DNA of 64,000 nt from Bdellovibrionales bacterium. Its GTDB lineage: Bacteria > Bdellovibrionota > Bdellovibrionia > Bdellovibrionales > JAUICD01. Made by a program: the position numbers and the translations under genes. This document shows, one piece after another, positions 1 to 12,850 of this stretch. The notes beneath the pieces were generated by a model that was not told the origin of the DNA, made no database searches, and was given only the letters and a program-made list of their open reading frames with translations. The stretch spans positions 1,440,001-1,504,000 of the forward strand of contig OZ253553.1 in the NCBI GenBank assembly GCA_965262715.1. Reading direction: 5' to 3'. Every line of letters begins with the position of its first letter. Within the stretch, counting starts at the first letter, position 1.

Positions 1-1191
1 TTTAACATTTTCAGCAAGTGACATGGCGCTTAATATATGTTTTTTTGTAACCTCTTGAGTTTGAAGGTTTTTGGGAACAAGCCCATTAAAACCTTTCTGA
101 ATTAATTTGTTCACACGACTTAAAAGATTACCTAAGTTATTAGCAAGTTCTGCATTCACACACCCTATAGCTAGATCTGTCTTGAATTGAGCATCATTGC
201 CAAAATGAATACTCCTTGTTAAAAAATAACGCAAACCTGAAGATCCAATAATATCCTTAATATCAAGAGGTTTAATGACATTTTTTTTAGACTTACTCAT
301 TTTTTCATTATTATCAGCCAACCACCACCCATGAGCAAATATGCCTCTAGGAAGTTGCGTCTGAAGAGCCATTAGCATAGTAGGCCAATACACAGCATGT
401 GTGATAAGTATATCTTTTCCGATCACGTGCAGAGCATGAGGCCAAAGCCTATCAAAAGACTCTTGCTTTTCCTTTTGTCGATATCCAACAGCCGTGGCAT
501 AGTTTAAAAGAGCGTCAAACCATACATAAGTCACATGATCTTTATCAAAAGGCAATTCAATACCCCAGTTAAGACGGGTCTTAGGACGACTAATGCTAAG
601 ATCTCCTAAAGGTTTTTTTAAAAATCCTAAAACTTCATTTTTTTTAGAAAGAGGTCTTATGAAATCTGGATTTCTTTCTATATGCTCAAGGAGTTGATTT
701 TGATATTTAGACATTTTGAAAAAATAATTTTCTTCTTTAATAACAGATACAGTGTTTCCAAGAGGCGTTTTGCCATCAATCAATTCTTTAGATGTATAAA
801 ATATTTCCTCACTCTCACAGTAAAAACCTTCATAATCCTTTTTATAAATCTCACCTTTATCCCAGAGGTCTTGAAGGCAAGATTGAACAGCTTCTTTATG
901 AAACTCCATAGTGGTACGCATAAAAAAGTCTTCTTTAATTTGCAGTATTTTCCAAAGCTTTCGAAAATGCAATACACACTCTTCAATATGATCTTCAACA
1001 GGTAATTGCCTTTGCTTAGCAGCATTTTGAACCTTTTGCCCATGCTCATCTGTACCTGTTAAAAAAAAGGTGCTTTCTTTAAAAAGCTGGTAATAACGAT
1101 GAATAACATCACATATAACAGTTGTGTAAGCATGACCAATATGAGGTGTATCATTCACATAATAAAGAGGTGTGGTGATATAAAGACCCAT
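1..1191 (-). CDS. metG: Methionyl-tRNA synthetase (runs off the window start)
   Basis: My translation from the ATG at 1191 gives MGLYITTPLYYVNDTPHIGHAYTT (HIGH motif), with KMSKS in frame near 285-303. Not in the ORF track because no stop lies in the window. Confidence 0.96.
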   Translation of the reverse strand, partial: MGLYITTPLYYVNDTPHIGHAYTTVICDVIHRYYQLFKESTFFLTGTDEHGQKVQNAAKQRQLPVEDHIEECVLHFRKLWKILQIKEDFFMRTTMEFHKEAVQSCLQDLWDKGEIYKKDYEGFYCESEEIFYTSKELIDGKTPLGNTVSVIKEENYFFKMSKYQNQLLEHIERNPDFIRPLSKKNEVLGFLKKPLGDLSISRPKTRLNWGIELPFDKDHVTYVWFDALLNYATAVGYRQKEKQESFDRLWPHALHVIGKDILITHAVYWPTMLMALQTQLPRGIFAHGWWLADNNEKMSKSKKNVIKPLDIKDIIGSSGLRYFLTRSIHFGNDAQFKTDLAIGCVNAELANNLGNLLSRVNKLIQKGFNGLVPKNLQTQEVTKKHILSAMSLAENVK

Positions 1192-1246
1192 CGATTTATT
1201 CGTGCCTACTCAAAAATTGCATGGACACCTTTTCTTTTAAAATCAT

Positions 1247-1465
1247 TTATTTATGACGGTACATAATAAGACCATGAGTTGGATCATAAGGAGAAACCCC
1301 AACTGTCACTTTATCTCCTACAACAATACGAATATTAAACTTTTGCATTTTACCACACAGCTTGGCCTGCACTTGAATATCACTATCAATTTGCACTTTA
1401 TAAAGGCCACCTGCTGCTACATCCACAACTTGTCCCTCTAATTGAGCAAGGTCATCCCTAGACAT
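1247..1465 (-). CDS. infA: Translation initiation factor IF-1
   Basis: 72 aa; GKMQKFNIRIVVGDKVTVGVSPYDPTHGLIMYR signature. Confidence 0.95.
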   Translation of the reverse strand: MSRDDLAQLEGQVVDVAAGGLYKVQIDSDIQVQAKLCGKMQKFNIRIVVGDKVTVGVSPYDPTHGLIMYRHK

Positions 1466-1707
1466 TTGTTTGTTTTTCCTTATTTGTTTGTGATTGCTCC
1501 AAAATAACTTAATACCATATTAAGTATTATAATCCCTAAAAAAATGCAAATCAAATCTTCATTTTCCCACTTAAGTGAGAATAGATACATTAGAATGTAT
1601 TAAAAGAGTAAATTGGCTTATTCTAATACATCTCACTTTTGCACAATGCCACACAAATATCAATAACCATTACTTGTTAAATATAGAGCCCTATCATCTC
1701 ATAAGGC

Positions 1708-2781
1708 TCAAAAATCATAGGCACAGGACAACCCACGATAGACGTAATCATCAATTGACTTTGGGCTCGGCATCAAATCTTGCAGATTCTTCACAATTGT
1801 ATCGGACATTAGAGGATGATCACCATCACCATCACCATCACCATCACCATCACCATCATAGTGCCATAAGCCTAATCCATGTCCAAGCTCATGTAATATA
1901 GTAGTGTTTAATATTACATTTCTTCTGCGAAGTTTTTCAGGGTCTATATTTTGGTATGCATGAATAGTTTCCCCTATTATAAGTGCAAAATGTATATCTT
2001 TAACATATCTGTCATAAAGTTCAATTCTTTCATTCAATGAATCTATTATCTCCTCAGCATATACCTCATCTTGTAAAAATTGATCTCTTTTATACTCCAA
2101 CTCTCTTATAGCCAATCTGCGAGCATCTTCAACGTTCATAGCTTGCCAATAAGTAATAATTTTATTTTGAAGAGTTTCAATATCTTCAGCATCACCTGCT
2201 TCAACACCCAAGAATCTTAATCTTTTTAAGAGGAAAAATCGAACAAATTCAATATCAGTTATAAATCTTTCTCTTATTATAATATCAGAGTCAGAAATTT
2301 TTAAATATGATAAAGTATTATCAATGTCTTCCGCATTTATCATAGGAAAGTTATGACCAGTGGTTAAAACGTCTTCTGGAAACATCCTATCGTACATATC
2401 AAGTGTGTCTTTTAATTGATCTTCACTAAACCAATAAATAACATTCTTTTGATCTTTTCTATTATGAATAGGATCAATCTCATTATGATCAATTCCCTTA
2501 ATAATAAAGACTTCACGCTCAAGGGATGTGTTCCATGTTGAAGCTCTCTCATAAAAGAAATTTCTATGTTTCTCAGGTACACTCTCATGAAGATAATATT
2601 CTACCGGAAAGTCTTCTCCCTGAGACAGAGGAAGATGAGGTATATCATTAGGTAAATTAAAAGTATCTCTAAAAACATCATGATAAGGAGCATTGAATCT
2701 ACTCCCATACATTACAAGTTGACAAGGGTCAACTCGAGGGCATCCAGTAAGTACTAAAAACAATATGATAGCAAATAGCAA
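1708..2781 (-). CDS. Lipoprotein with metzincin (matrixin-like) zinc metalloprotease domain
   Basis: LTGC lipobox; HELGHGLGLWH zinc motif followed by a Met-turn-like PLMS. Confidence 0.8.
   Translation of the reverse strand: MLFAIILFLVLTGCPRVDPCQLVMYGSRFNAPYHDVFRDTFNLPNDIPHLPLSQGEDFPVEYYLHESVPEKHRNFFYERASTWNTSLEREVFIIKGIDHNEIDPIHNRKDQKNVIYWFSEDQLKDTLDMYDRMFPEDVLTTGHNFPMINAEDIDNTLSYLKISDSDIIIRERFITDIEFVRFFLLKRLRFLGVEAGDAEDIETLQNKIITYWQAMNVEDARRLAIRELEYKRDQFLQDEVYAEEIIDSLNERIELYDRYVKDIHFALIIGETIHAYQNIDPEKLRRRNVILNTTILHELGHGLGLWHYDGDGDGDGDGDGDHPLMSDTIVKNLQDLMPSPKSIDDYVYRGLSCAYDF
1821..1856. repeat. (CACCAT)6 hexamer microsatellite encoding Gly-Asp repeats
   Basis: Perfect tandem hexamers inside the metalloprotease CDS. 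Confidence 0.95.
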
Positions 2782-3300
2782 TCGATTTATATTTTTTATG
2801 ATAACCTCTTATACCCCCCCTAAATTTCCACTCAAAAATTCTTTTAAAACTCTTAATAAATTTCAACTTATAGTCAACCAACAATTTTATTTTTTATAAA
2901 CTTTATAAATTAGTTATTTTTAACTTTGTAAATTTTACAACTCAATAATTTCTATTTTATAGATAAAAAACTTTTATAGTGTTCCATATATAAAATAGAT
3001 TACATATGTCTCTAAAATGAACCTCTGGCACTCAAGCATTCTGTCAAGCTGTTTACAGAAACTGTTATCGGATTGCCTGATTATTCAATTGCCGGATTGC
3101 TAGAATAAAACAAGGTAATCATTGAATTTTTTATATTGTAAGAGATAAAACTTATTTTGTCAGACCGCTTCAGTTAACTTGCCAATGTAGTACTAATTAA
3201 ACTGTGGTTAAACTGTTCCAGTACCTGGCAATCATACCAACCAGCATTGGAACCATAAAATCTGGCATCAACAATTTGAATTTTTAGTGATGTAAAATGA

Positions 3301-3864
3301 CTATTCTGCTTTTTTGAAGGGAAAGTAGCTTAAATTAGAGATTTCAGAGAAGAACTGTTCAATAGAGGTCACCTCACGTATAAGTGAAAAATCCATATCA
3401 TTCAAAAATCCTTCTTTATTAATGTATCTAAAATGAGTCATTAAAAAATCAAAAAAGTTTTCATGGTTCAATAGAAAAATAGGTTTTTGATGATATTTCA
3501 GCTTAGCCCAAGTAAGTACCTCGCAGAGTTCATCTAAAGTCCCAAGGCCCCCAGGAAGGGCCACAAAGGCATCTGATAACTCATACATCTTTGCTTTTCT
3601 ATCATGAAGAGAGTCAACAATAAAAAGCTCAGTCAATTTATCATGAGCGACTTCCATTTTTACTAACTTTTTAGGAATAACACCATAAGCCTTACCTTTA
3701 TGTTTAAGAACCGAATCTGCAATGACTCCCATTAGACCAATGGAGGCCCCTCCATAAACCAAATCTAAAGAGGCATCAGCCATCTTTTTCCCAAAATCTT
3801 CTCCCAACTCAGTGTATCGTTTAGGAGCATTTATACCACAAAAGACACAAAGGCTTTTAACCAT
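3301..3864 (-). CDS. LOG-family nucleotide phosphoribohydrolase (TIGR00730-like)
   Basis: LVYGGASIGLMG and ALPGGLGTLDEL motifs. Confidence 0.92.
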   Translation of the reverse strand: MVKSLCVFCGINAPKRYTELGEDFGKKMADASLDLVYGGASIGLMGVIADSVLKHKGKAYGVIPKKLVKMEVAHDKLTELFIVDSLHDRKAKMYELSDAFVALPGGLGTLDELCEVLTWAKLKYHQKPIFLLNHENFFDFLMTHFRYINKEGFLNDMDFSLIREVTSIEQFFSEISNLSYFPFKKAE

Positions 3865-4012
3865 AGAGCACCATACTAAAACCTCTTAAATTTAAAGAAC
3901 TAGAAATAAGCTTGATTAATCATTCGGATTAAAGCAAGTTTTCTTAAATAACTATTTTCATTTTTTTAATTGAAAATAAAATTTTTTAAGAACAAATAGG
4001 ATAAGATTTATA

Positions 4013-4312
4013 CTATTTGCTTATTTCTTTTTTGTCTTTGGTTTTATTAAAGTTAGCATAACGTTTTTGAAACCTTTCAACACGTCCTTCCACATCAACC
4101 AACTTCTGTTTACCTGTGTAAAAAGGATGACATACATTGCAAATATCTAATTTAATACTACTTAAAGTTGAACCTGTAATAAAAGAGTTTCCACAAACAC
4201 AAACAACCTTGGCATTTGGATGCCAATTGATCTTATTTTTGACTTTAGGATCTACTTTTTGCTTTTTAATGGTCTTAGCAGACTTATCTTGTTTCTCTTT
4301 TTGTTGTTCCAT
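4013..4312 (-). CDS. rpmE: 50S ribosomal protein L31 (zinc-binding type), Lys-rich N-terminal extension
   Basis: CVCGN...[26 protein letters not shown]. Confidence 0.95.
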   Translation of the reverse strand: MEQQKEKQDKSAKTIKKQKVDPKVKNKINWHPNAKVVCVCGNSFITGSTLSSIKLDICNVCHPFYTGKQKLVDVEGRVERFQKRYANFNKTKDKKEISK

Positions 4313-4371
4313 AATGATTTTCCCGTTTGAGCTTCACTTATAACTTTTTATACATATTACATCACAATCTT

Positions 4372-4782
4372 CTATTTTTCAATAAGAGCAAGCCTTAACT
4401 TTGCTTTTTGTTCCTTGATGTAATTCTTTTCAAGATCTTCACCCTTTTCTATCTTCTCAGTAGACATCTTTAAGGCCTTAAGTGCTCTCTCCTTATCAAT
4501 ACTTTCCGGAAATTCCGCAGTTTCAGCTAAAATATTCACTGAATTATCAAAAACTTCCAAATATCCCCAAAAAATAGCCCTCTTTCTTAATTTGATCTGT
4601 CCTTCTTCAGTCTTTTCCTTATACTTAAGAAGGCCAATCCCTAAAGTTGTTACAAGAGAGGTGTGATCCTTTAAAATCTCTATCTCACCTCTATCAGTCA
4701 CAACTTGAAGACTTTCAATAGGCAAATTAAAAGCCAATTTTGCTGTTGGGGTCAACAAATTTAAACTTAAACCACTGCTCAT
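4372..4782 (-). CDS. atpC: ATP synthase F1 epsilon subunit
   Basis: LLTP...GEIEILKDH, GYLEV...ILAETAE; abuts the atpD stop. Confidence 0.93.
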   Translation of the reverse strand: MSSGLSLNLLTPTAKLAFNLPIESLQVVTDRGEIEILKDHTSLVTTLGIGLLKYKEKTEEGQIKLRKRAIFWGYLEVFDNSVNILAETAEFPESIDKERALKALKMSTEKIEKGEDLEKNYIKEQKAKLRLALIEK

Positions 4783-6360
<1,578 letters not shown>

Positions 6361-6637
6361 AACCACTCAAAGTTTTCTCAAACTCATGTTATTTGCTCTT
6401 TAAGAAGTTAAGCAATCATCTTTATTTACATTATGATGAAATATTTGGTCAAGCCTTAAAAATCTTGTCATTCCCTTCTAGAAATGTGCTAGAGAATCAT
6501 GAAAACATCAGAGCCAAATAGATCGAAAGAGCTTTATCCATTTACTTGAAAATGCTGATGACATCTTTGGGTATGATAGATCATTTTAAGTAAACTCAAA
6601 TCAAGTAGACTCAAAATGACAAAAAACCTATATTACT

Positions 6638-6985
6638 TTAGTTTCTCAATTCTTCCTCTAATTTTCGCAAATTGTCAGTAGGAGATCTATATTCATATCT
6701 TTCTCGTTGTAGAGGGGTCATAAAATCTCCTACGTAAATGATCTTATTGTTTTTCAATTGGATCTCTTTATGAACCCATGATCCATTTTGAAAAAAACGG
6801 TATAACCAATAAATGATGTCATTTCTATATTGGGTTTGAAAAGGTGAGCCCAGTTTTTCAAGCACATGGCTCTTTGTCATACCAACTTCTATTTTGTTAA
6901 ATGCTCTTAAGGAATAAGAAGAACAACCTGATAAAAAGGTTAAAAGTACAATGCAAATAATAATATTGATACTCAAAAGTTTCAT
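6638..6985 (-). CDS. BamE/SmpA-like outer membrane lipoprotein
   Basis: LSGC lipobox; IEVGMTKSHVLEKLGSP...WLY motif; start MKLL behind AGAGG. Confidence 0.75.
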   Translation of the reverse strand: MKLLSINIIICIVLLTFLSGCSSYSLRAFNKIEVGMTKSHVLEKLGSPFQTQYRNDIIYWLYRFFQNGSWVHKEIQLKNNKIIYVGDFMTPLQRERYEYRSPTDNLRKLEEELRN

Positions 6986-7055
6986 TCTATGAACCTCTAT
7001 TTTTAATCTTGTAATTATAACCATCTTCAACTTTGCACAGTCATAATACAACAAC

Positions 7056-7691
7056 TTATCCTTGTTGATCTGGATGCGCTCTTTGAAAAAATTCAAGTTG
7101 ATGACAGTTTTCTACAACACGGCAAATACATGGAAAGTCAGACATATCTACATCATAACGATGAGCACTATAAACCTGTGGAATCAAAAAAGCATCCGCA
7201 GCAGTTATCTGATCACCAAAAGTATATCGACCTCCACAAGTTTTCATCAATGTCTCTATACTATATAACCCCCTAGAAATCCAATGAGTATTCCATGCCT
7301 TAATATTTGATTTAGAAGCTTGAAAGTCTTTAGATAGTTTTTGACCTACAGATAAATTTTGTAAAGGCTGAATTCCTGAGTTAATGATCTCACATATTTG
7401 TTTAACCAACATACAATCATTGACACTATCAGGAAATATTCTTGGTCCTGGAAAAACTGCATCAATATACTCTATAATGACCATAGATTGAGTTAAGCTC
7501 ATATTATTATGTTCAAAAAGAGGTACTTGTCCTAAAGGGTTCTTTTGTATATATTTGGGATCTAATTGCTCTTCTTTTAAAAGATGAATACTGCGAGATT
7601 CAAAATCTATCTGCTTATAATGAAGAACAATCCTCACTCGATAAGCTGAAGAGCTTCTAAAGTAATTATATAAGATAGGCCTCTTTATCAT
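7056..7691 (-). CDS. maiA: Maleylacetoacetate isomerase (GST zeta class)
   Basis: YFRSSSAYRVRI, NSGIQPLQNL and AHPDQQ motifs. Confidence 0.92.
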   Translation of the reverse strand: MIKRPILYNYFRSSSAYRVRIVLHYKQIDFESRSIHLLKEEQLDPKYIQKNPLGQVPLFEHNNMSLTQSMVIIEYIDAVFPGPRIFPDSVNDCMLVKQICEIINSGIQPLQNLSVGQKLSKDFQASKSNIKAWNTHWISRGLYSIETLMKTCGGRYTFGDQITAADAFLIPQVYSAHRYDVDMSDFPCICRVVENCHQLEFFQRAHPDQQG

Positions 7692-7856
7692 AACAACTCA
7701 CCCTTAAGTAAATATTATCTCATAAATAAATAATATTACTATATGTCACTTCTTATAAAAAAGAATTTTCACCAAAAAATAACGCCTCTTATTGGTACAA
7801 AATAAGATATTGTTATTTGAAGTCAGGTAGTAGGGTGAAGTGGTTCTTATAAAGAA

Positions 7857-8021
7857 TTAAGAAGAATGTGATTTAAGAAGAGTAGAGGATTTGTCATCAC
7901 CAAAAAGCTGAGCATGAGGCTTTGTTGTTCCTTTGTTTCTATTATGCGTTTTACGCACTTGACCCTGCTTGATTTTCTTTCTATGTCTTCTCGTGCGAGT
8001 CTGACCGGTTGGTGAAACCAT
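7857..8021 (-). CDS. Small basic protein, 54 aa (not in ORF track)
   Basis: MVSPTGQTRTRRHRKKIKQGQVRKTHNRNKGTTKPHAQLFGDDKSSTLLKSHSS, with an AAGGAG RBS 5 nt upstream of the ATG. Confidence 0.7.
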   Translation of the reverse strand: MVSPTGQTRTRRHRKKIKQGQVRKTHNRNKGTTKPHAQLFGDDKSSTLLKSHSS

Positions 8022-8305
8022 AAAGTCTCCTTATCTATGCCTTTTCCAATGTCTTCATATTTTTTACTCTAGCTAAATTTTATTAGATAACAAGAATATC
8101 AGATAAGCACAAGTTTTAAAATTATTTTTCCCAATATTTTTGATTGAGCTTTGCATTAAATTGAAAAAATAAACCTTACTAAGTGAAAAAGTTTATAGTA
8201 GTGTCTAGTTTTTATTAACTCTTTCTTTACTTTAAAAATAAATCAAATACTGTCATATTAGCTAGTGATCTTTAAAAATTAAATTTTAAATGAGGGGGAA
8301 CTTTA

Positions 8306-9268
8306 ATGGAACCTATTTTATCACCTCACAGTGATAGATTTGTCCTTTTACCTATAAAATATAGAGATATATGGGATATGTACAAAAAAGCAGAAGCCAG
8401 CTTTTGGACAACAGAGGAAATTGATCTATCTACGGATTTATTGGACTGGAAAAAACTTAATGAGAATGAAAAGCATTTCATTAAGCATGTCCTGGCGTTT
8501 TTTGCTGCAAGTGATGGAATAGTCAATGAAAATCTGGCTCTTCGGTTTTGTCAGGAAGTTCAGATTCCAGAGGCTAGATGTTTTTATGGCTTTCAAATGG
8601 CTATGGAAAACATTCATTCTGAAACCTATAGTTTGCTCATTGATACTTATATAGAAGACACACAAGAAAAAAACTATCTCTTTAAGGCACTAGATAACTT
8701 ACCAGCAGTTAAAATAAAGGGAGAATGGGCCTTAAAATGGATCGAAAACAGTAAATCCTTTGCAGAAAGGCTTGTGGCTTTCGCAGCTGTAGAAGGTATC
8801 TTTTTCTCAGGCAGTTTTTGCGCTATATTCTGGCTTAAAAAACGAGGTCTTATGCCAGGTTTAACTTTTTCTAATGAATTGATCAGTAGGGATGAAGGAT
8901 TACATACTGATTTTGCCTGCCTCCTTTTTGAAAAGCTCAAAGACAAGCCATCAAACCAACGTGTTTTAGATATCATCACTGATGCTGTATCCATTGAGAA
9001 ACAATTTGTTACACATGCCCTGCCTGTAAGCCTTATTGGTATGAATGCTGGGTTAATGACTCAATATATTGAGTTTGTGGCTGACCGTCTTTTAATCTCT
9101 CTTGGTTTAGATAAACACTATAAAGTGAAAAATCCTTTTGATTGGATGGAGTTGATTTCTCTTCAAGGAAAAACAAACTTTTTTGAAAAAAGAGTGGGCG
9201 ACTATCAAAAAGCAGGAGTCATGGTCAACAGATCTGATCAAGTCTTTACATTAGATGCCGAATTTTAA
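8306..9268 (+). CDS. nrdB: Class Ia ribonucleotide reductase beta subunit (eukaryote/Bacteroidota-like)
   Basis: [28 protein letters not shown] iron/radical motifs; FTLDAEF C-terminus. Confidence 0.97.
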   Translation: MEPILSPHSDRFVLLPIKYRDIWDMYKKAEASFWTTEEIDLSTDLLDWKKLNENEKHFIKHVLAFFAASDGIVNENLALRFCQEVQIPEARCFYGFQMAMENIHSETYSLLIDTYIEDTQEKNYLFKALDNLPAVKIKGEWALKWIENSKSFAERLVAFAAVEGIFFSGSFCAIFWLKKRGLMPGLTFSNELISRDEGLHTDFACLLFEKLKDKPSNQRVLDIITDAVSIEKQFVTHALPVSLIGMNAGLMTQYIEFVADRLLISLGLDKHYKVKNPFDWMELISLQGKTNFFEKRVGDYQKAGVMVNRSDQVFTLDAEF

Positions 9269-9753
9269 AAGCTTTTTGCATATAGTCACATATATATAAT
9301 TTTGGTTCATGACACTTTAAGGTTAGTTTTTTATTGATTAGAAATATTTTTTACTTATTTTTTTAAGCTCCCTTTACTCCGGTATCTGGCAGTCGATCAA
9401 ACCGGCATGCTGTATCTGAAATCATGAAACCTGGCATCAATAACTTTAATTGGTTATAGAATAAAGATTCTTTTAAAATCTTTATGTCATAATACTCTGA
9501 TCTGAGATGACTCGCCATCACTAGCTCATAAACCTACCAAAAGACATTAGTGACAACTCACTGTAACTACATGTATTTCTAAGATCAATATTTGTGCAGC
9601 AAGGTCAAAAAAAAATATTTATATTTTTTTATTGCCTCTTTCCTGACTCTTGTTAATATGAAATCTCTAATTGTTTTGAACGTCAAACTAACTTAATCTA
9701 AAAAAGAGAGGGGTTTTCATGTACCTATACATACAAATTAAGAGGGTGCTTCG

Positions 9754-12297
9754 ATGTATGTGATTAAGAGAGATGGTAGAAAAGAATCTGTTAAATTTGA
9801 TAAAATCACATCTCGTATCAGAAAGCTTTGCTATAGTTTAGATAGAGAGTTTGTTGATCCTACAGAGGTAGCCAAAAAAGTTGTAATAGGTGTATATGAT
9901 GGTGTTACAACTATAGAACTAGACAATCTAGCAGCAGAAACAGCAGCTTATCTTACAACCAAGCACCCTGATTTTGCACTTCTTGCTGCAAGAATTGCTA
10001 TTTCCAACCTCCATAAGTGCACAGAAAAATCCTTTTCTAAGACCATGAGCATGCTCTATAATTACGTGTCTCCTAAAAACAATAAAAAAGCATCTTTACT
10101 TGCAGATGACGTATTCAAAATCATTATGGACAATAAGGATCTCCTAGATTCTGTTATTATCTACGATAGAGACTTTGACTATGACTACTTTGGATTTAAG
10201 ACTCTTGAAAGGTCTTATCTCTTAAAAATTGACGGAAAGATTGCAGAAAGACCTCAACACATGCTCATGCGTGTCGCACTTGGCATCCATAAAAAAAATA
10301 TTGAAGCCGCTATTGAAACTTATAACCTACTTTCTGAAAAGTGGTTCATCCATGCCTCTCCAACTCTCTTTAATGCAGGAACTCCTAAGCCACAAATGTC
10401 ATCTTGTTTTCTTTTATCCATGGCTGGAGATAGTATCGATGGCATTTATGAAACCTTAAAAAACTGCGCATTGATTTCTCAATCAGCAGGCGGCATAGGT
10501 TTAAGCATTCATAACATTCGTACAACAGGTAGTTATATACGCGGCACAAACGGCACTTCAAATGGTATTGTGCCTATGTTGCGAGTCTTTAACGACACGG
10601 CAAGATATGTTGACCAAGGTGGAGGCAAGCGTAAAGGGGCTTTCACAATTTATCTTGAGCCTTGGCATGCTGATATTTTTCATTTTCTCGATTTAAGAAA
10701 AAATCATGGTAAGGAAGAGCAGCGCGCGCGCGACCTCTTCTATGCTCTTTGGGTCCCTGATCTATTCATGAAACGAGTTAAGGAAAACGCAGATTGGTCA
10801 CTTTTTTGTCCTAATGAAGCACCTGGTCTTGATGATTGCTACGGCGAGGAGTTTGAAAAGCTCTATTTAAAGTACGAGCAAGAAAACCGCGCTAGAGAGA
10901 CCATCAAAGCGCAGCATTTGTGGTTTAAAATCCTAGAAGCTCAAATTGAAACAGGAACTCCTTATATTCTTTACAAAGACCATGCAAACAAAAAATCCAA
11001 TCAGAAAAATTTAGGCACTATCAAGTCCAGTAATCTTTGTACTGAAATTATAGAGTACACCTCTAAAGATGAAATTGCTGTTTGCAACCTTGCATCTATT
11101 GCTTTACCTAAATTTGTTAATAAAGGGACTTTTGATCATCAAAAGCTATTTGAAGTCACTCAGACTATTACTAAAAACTTAAATAAAGTTATCGACTTGA
11201 ATTATTATCCTGTTAAAGAAGCTAGAAACTCCAATATGAGACACCGTCCTATTGGTATTGGAGTACAGGGACTCGCTGATACCTTCATTAAACTGCACAT
11301 GCCATTTACTTCTAAAAATGCTCAAAAACTGAATAAAGAAATTTTTGAAACCATTTACTTTGCAGCTTTAAAAAGTTCTATAGAACTTGCAAAGAAAGAT
11401 GGCCCTTATGAATCTTTTAAAGGTTCTCCTACTAGCTTAGGTATTCTGCAGTATGATATGTGGGATGTCACTCCTTCTGACAGATGGGATTGGAACACAC
11501 TCAAGGCAGATATTAAAAAGTTTGGCCTTAGAAACAGCCTATTACTTGCTCCTATGCCAACAGCATCTACATCTCAAATTTTAGGTAACAATGAATGCAT
11601 TGAGCCTTACACTTCTAATATCTACAATCGCCGTGTCCTCTCTGGGGAATTCACTGTTGTCAATAAGCACTTAATGAATGATTTGATCCGCTTGAATTTA
11701 TGGAACTCCAAGATCAAAAGTAAAATTATTGAATCTGGAGGCTCCATTCAAAGTATCCCTGAAATTCCAGACCACATAAAAGCTCTTTACAAAACTATTT
11801 GGGAGATTTCACAAAAAGATCTTATTGATATGGCCGCTGATCGTGGTGCCTTTATTGACCAAAGTCAAAGCTTAAATCTCTTCTTAAAAACTCCTGATTT
11901 TGGTAAAATGACATCCATGCATTTTCACACATGGAAGATGGGATTAAAGACAGGTATGTATTACCTTAGAACACAGGCAGCAGCACAAGCCATTCAGTTT
12001 ACAGTTGATAAACAGCAGTCTTTAACAAAGCAAAAAACTAATGAAGATGAACTTGTACTTAAACCCAATTATGAGTTTAATGATGAAATCAATCTTAAAG
12101 ATCAACCTCCTAAACCTAAAATAGAAGTCCCCATCTCTGACACAGGGAATATCAATTTTGATAAGGATATACCACATGACACATCTCCAACAGATCAGAC
12201 AACTGATAAGTTGTCTTCAATTGATTATGTGCCAGAGATGGTGTGTTCTGTGCAACCAGGCGCAAGCGCAGAAAACTGTATCTCCTGTGGCAGTTAA
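9754..12297 (+). CDS. nrdA: Class Ia ribonucleotide reductase alpha subunit with ATP cone
   Basis: [11 protein letters not shown] cone, SSCFL, SNLCTEI, TGMYYLR, terminal CISCGS. Confidence 0.98.
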   Translation: MYVIKRDGRKESVKFDKITSRIRKLCYSLDREFVDPTEVAKKVVIGVYDGVTTIELDNLAAETAAYLTTKHPDFALLAARIAISNLHKCTEKSFSKTMSMLYNYVSPKNNKKASLLADDVFKIIMDNKDLLDSVIIYDRDFDYDYFGFKTLERSYLLKIDGKIAERPQHMLMRVALGIHKKNIEAAIETYNLLSEKWFIHASPTLFNAGTPKPQMSSCFLLSMAGDSIDGIYETLKNCALISQSAGGIGLSIHNIRTTGSYIRGTNGTSNGIVPMLRVFNDTARYVDQGGGKRKGAFTIYLEPWHADIFHFLDLRKNHGKEEQRARDLFYALWVPDLFMKRVKENADWSLFCPNEAPGLDDCYGEEFEKLYLKYEQENRARETIKAQHLWFKILEAQIETGTPYILYKDHANKKSNQKNLGTIKSSNLCTEIIEYTSKDEIAVCNLASIALPKFVNKGTFDHQKLFEVTQTITKNLNKVIDLNYYPVKEARNSNMRHRPIGIGVQGLADTFIKLHMPFTSKNAQKLNKEIFETIYFAALKSSIELAKKDGPYESFKGSPTSLGILQYDMWDVTPSDRWDWNTLKADIKKFGLRNSLLLAPMPTASTSQILGNNECIEPYTSNIYNRRVLSGEFTVVNKHLMNDLIRLNLWNSKIKSKIIESGGSIQSIPEIPDHIKALYKTIWEISQKDLIDMAADRGAFIDQSQSLNLFLKTPDFGKMTSMHFHTWKMGLKTGMYYLRTQAAAQAIQFTVDKQQSLTKQKTNEDELVLKPNYEFNDEINLKDQPPKPKIEVPISDTGNINFDKDIPHDTSPTDQTTDKLSSIDYVPEMVCSVQPGASAENCISCGS

Positions 12298-12467
12298 ATA
12301 CATTACATTGGCAAGTTATGCAGGTCATGGCAGGGTATCCAAAGACCTTTATAGGCATATATAAATTTTTAAAAGCTTATTAATAATAAAGACAGATTTG
12401 TAGAATCATTGTTTTTATATTTTTTTGAAGTTGGTGTAAAAACCATTAACTTACCAATGCAGTACTA
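12298..12467. mobile_element. MITE-like element family B with TAGTACTACATTGGCAAGTTA-type inverted ends
   Basis: Left TACATTGGCAAGTTA and right TAACTTACCAATGCAGTACTA. The same end recurs at about 3175, 19679, 47314, 49263 and 61355. Confidence 0.7.
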
Positions 12468-12572
12468 GTCATAGCAAAACTTTGTAGCTTTTCAAATCAT
12501 AGTTCCACAAAAAAGCTGACCTTCAAACTAAGTGATTTTTCTAAAATGTAACTTTTACATCTTAAAATTATC

Positions 12573-12630
12573 CGTAACTTCAAATCGCAAGTGCAACTTT
12601 TTTGTGTTTATAGATATTTTTAAAAGTTGT
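12573..12630. mobile_element. Solo IS30 terminal fragment (58 bp)
   Basis: Near-identical to the IS30 ends at 23037 and 42449 (CGTAACTTCAAATCGCAAGTGCAAC...TTTTAAAAGTTGT). Confidence 0.9.
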
Positions 12631-12850
12631 GTGTAAATATTCTTTATGATTTTATGATTTCTTAAAGCCCTTAAAATAGAGCTTTTTGACCATGAAGATT
12701 GAGTTAGCTTCTCAATATCACGAGTGGAAAGCTTGAGATCAACATAAAGTTTCCGTAATATTTTAGAGTCTTTTTTTGGAGTGTTAAGAAAATGTGTAAT
12801 AAATATCGATACATAACTAGAACTATCGGCGGAAATGCCTATAAACATGG
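12631..12850 (-). pseudogene. Truncated HTH-like protein remnant
   Basis: LRKLYVDLKLSTRDIEKL...SKSSILRAL looks like an HTH; the frame runs into the IS30 end fragment. Confidence 0.4.

Noticed and set aside
682..1049. ORFs 682..1005 and 780..1049
   Set aside because: Shadow frames inside metG. The other short ORFs overlapping long genes were rejected for the same reason.
1575..1901. Plus-strand ORF with a poly-His run
   Set aside because: Antisense reading of the (GD)n microsatellite in the metalloprotease gene.
8030..9753. NrdR boxes upstream of nrdB or nrdA
   Set aside because: No convincing match to the palindromic consensus against this AT-rich background.
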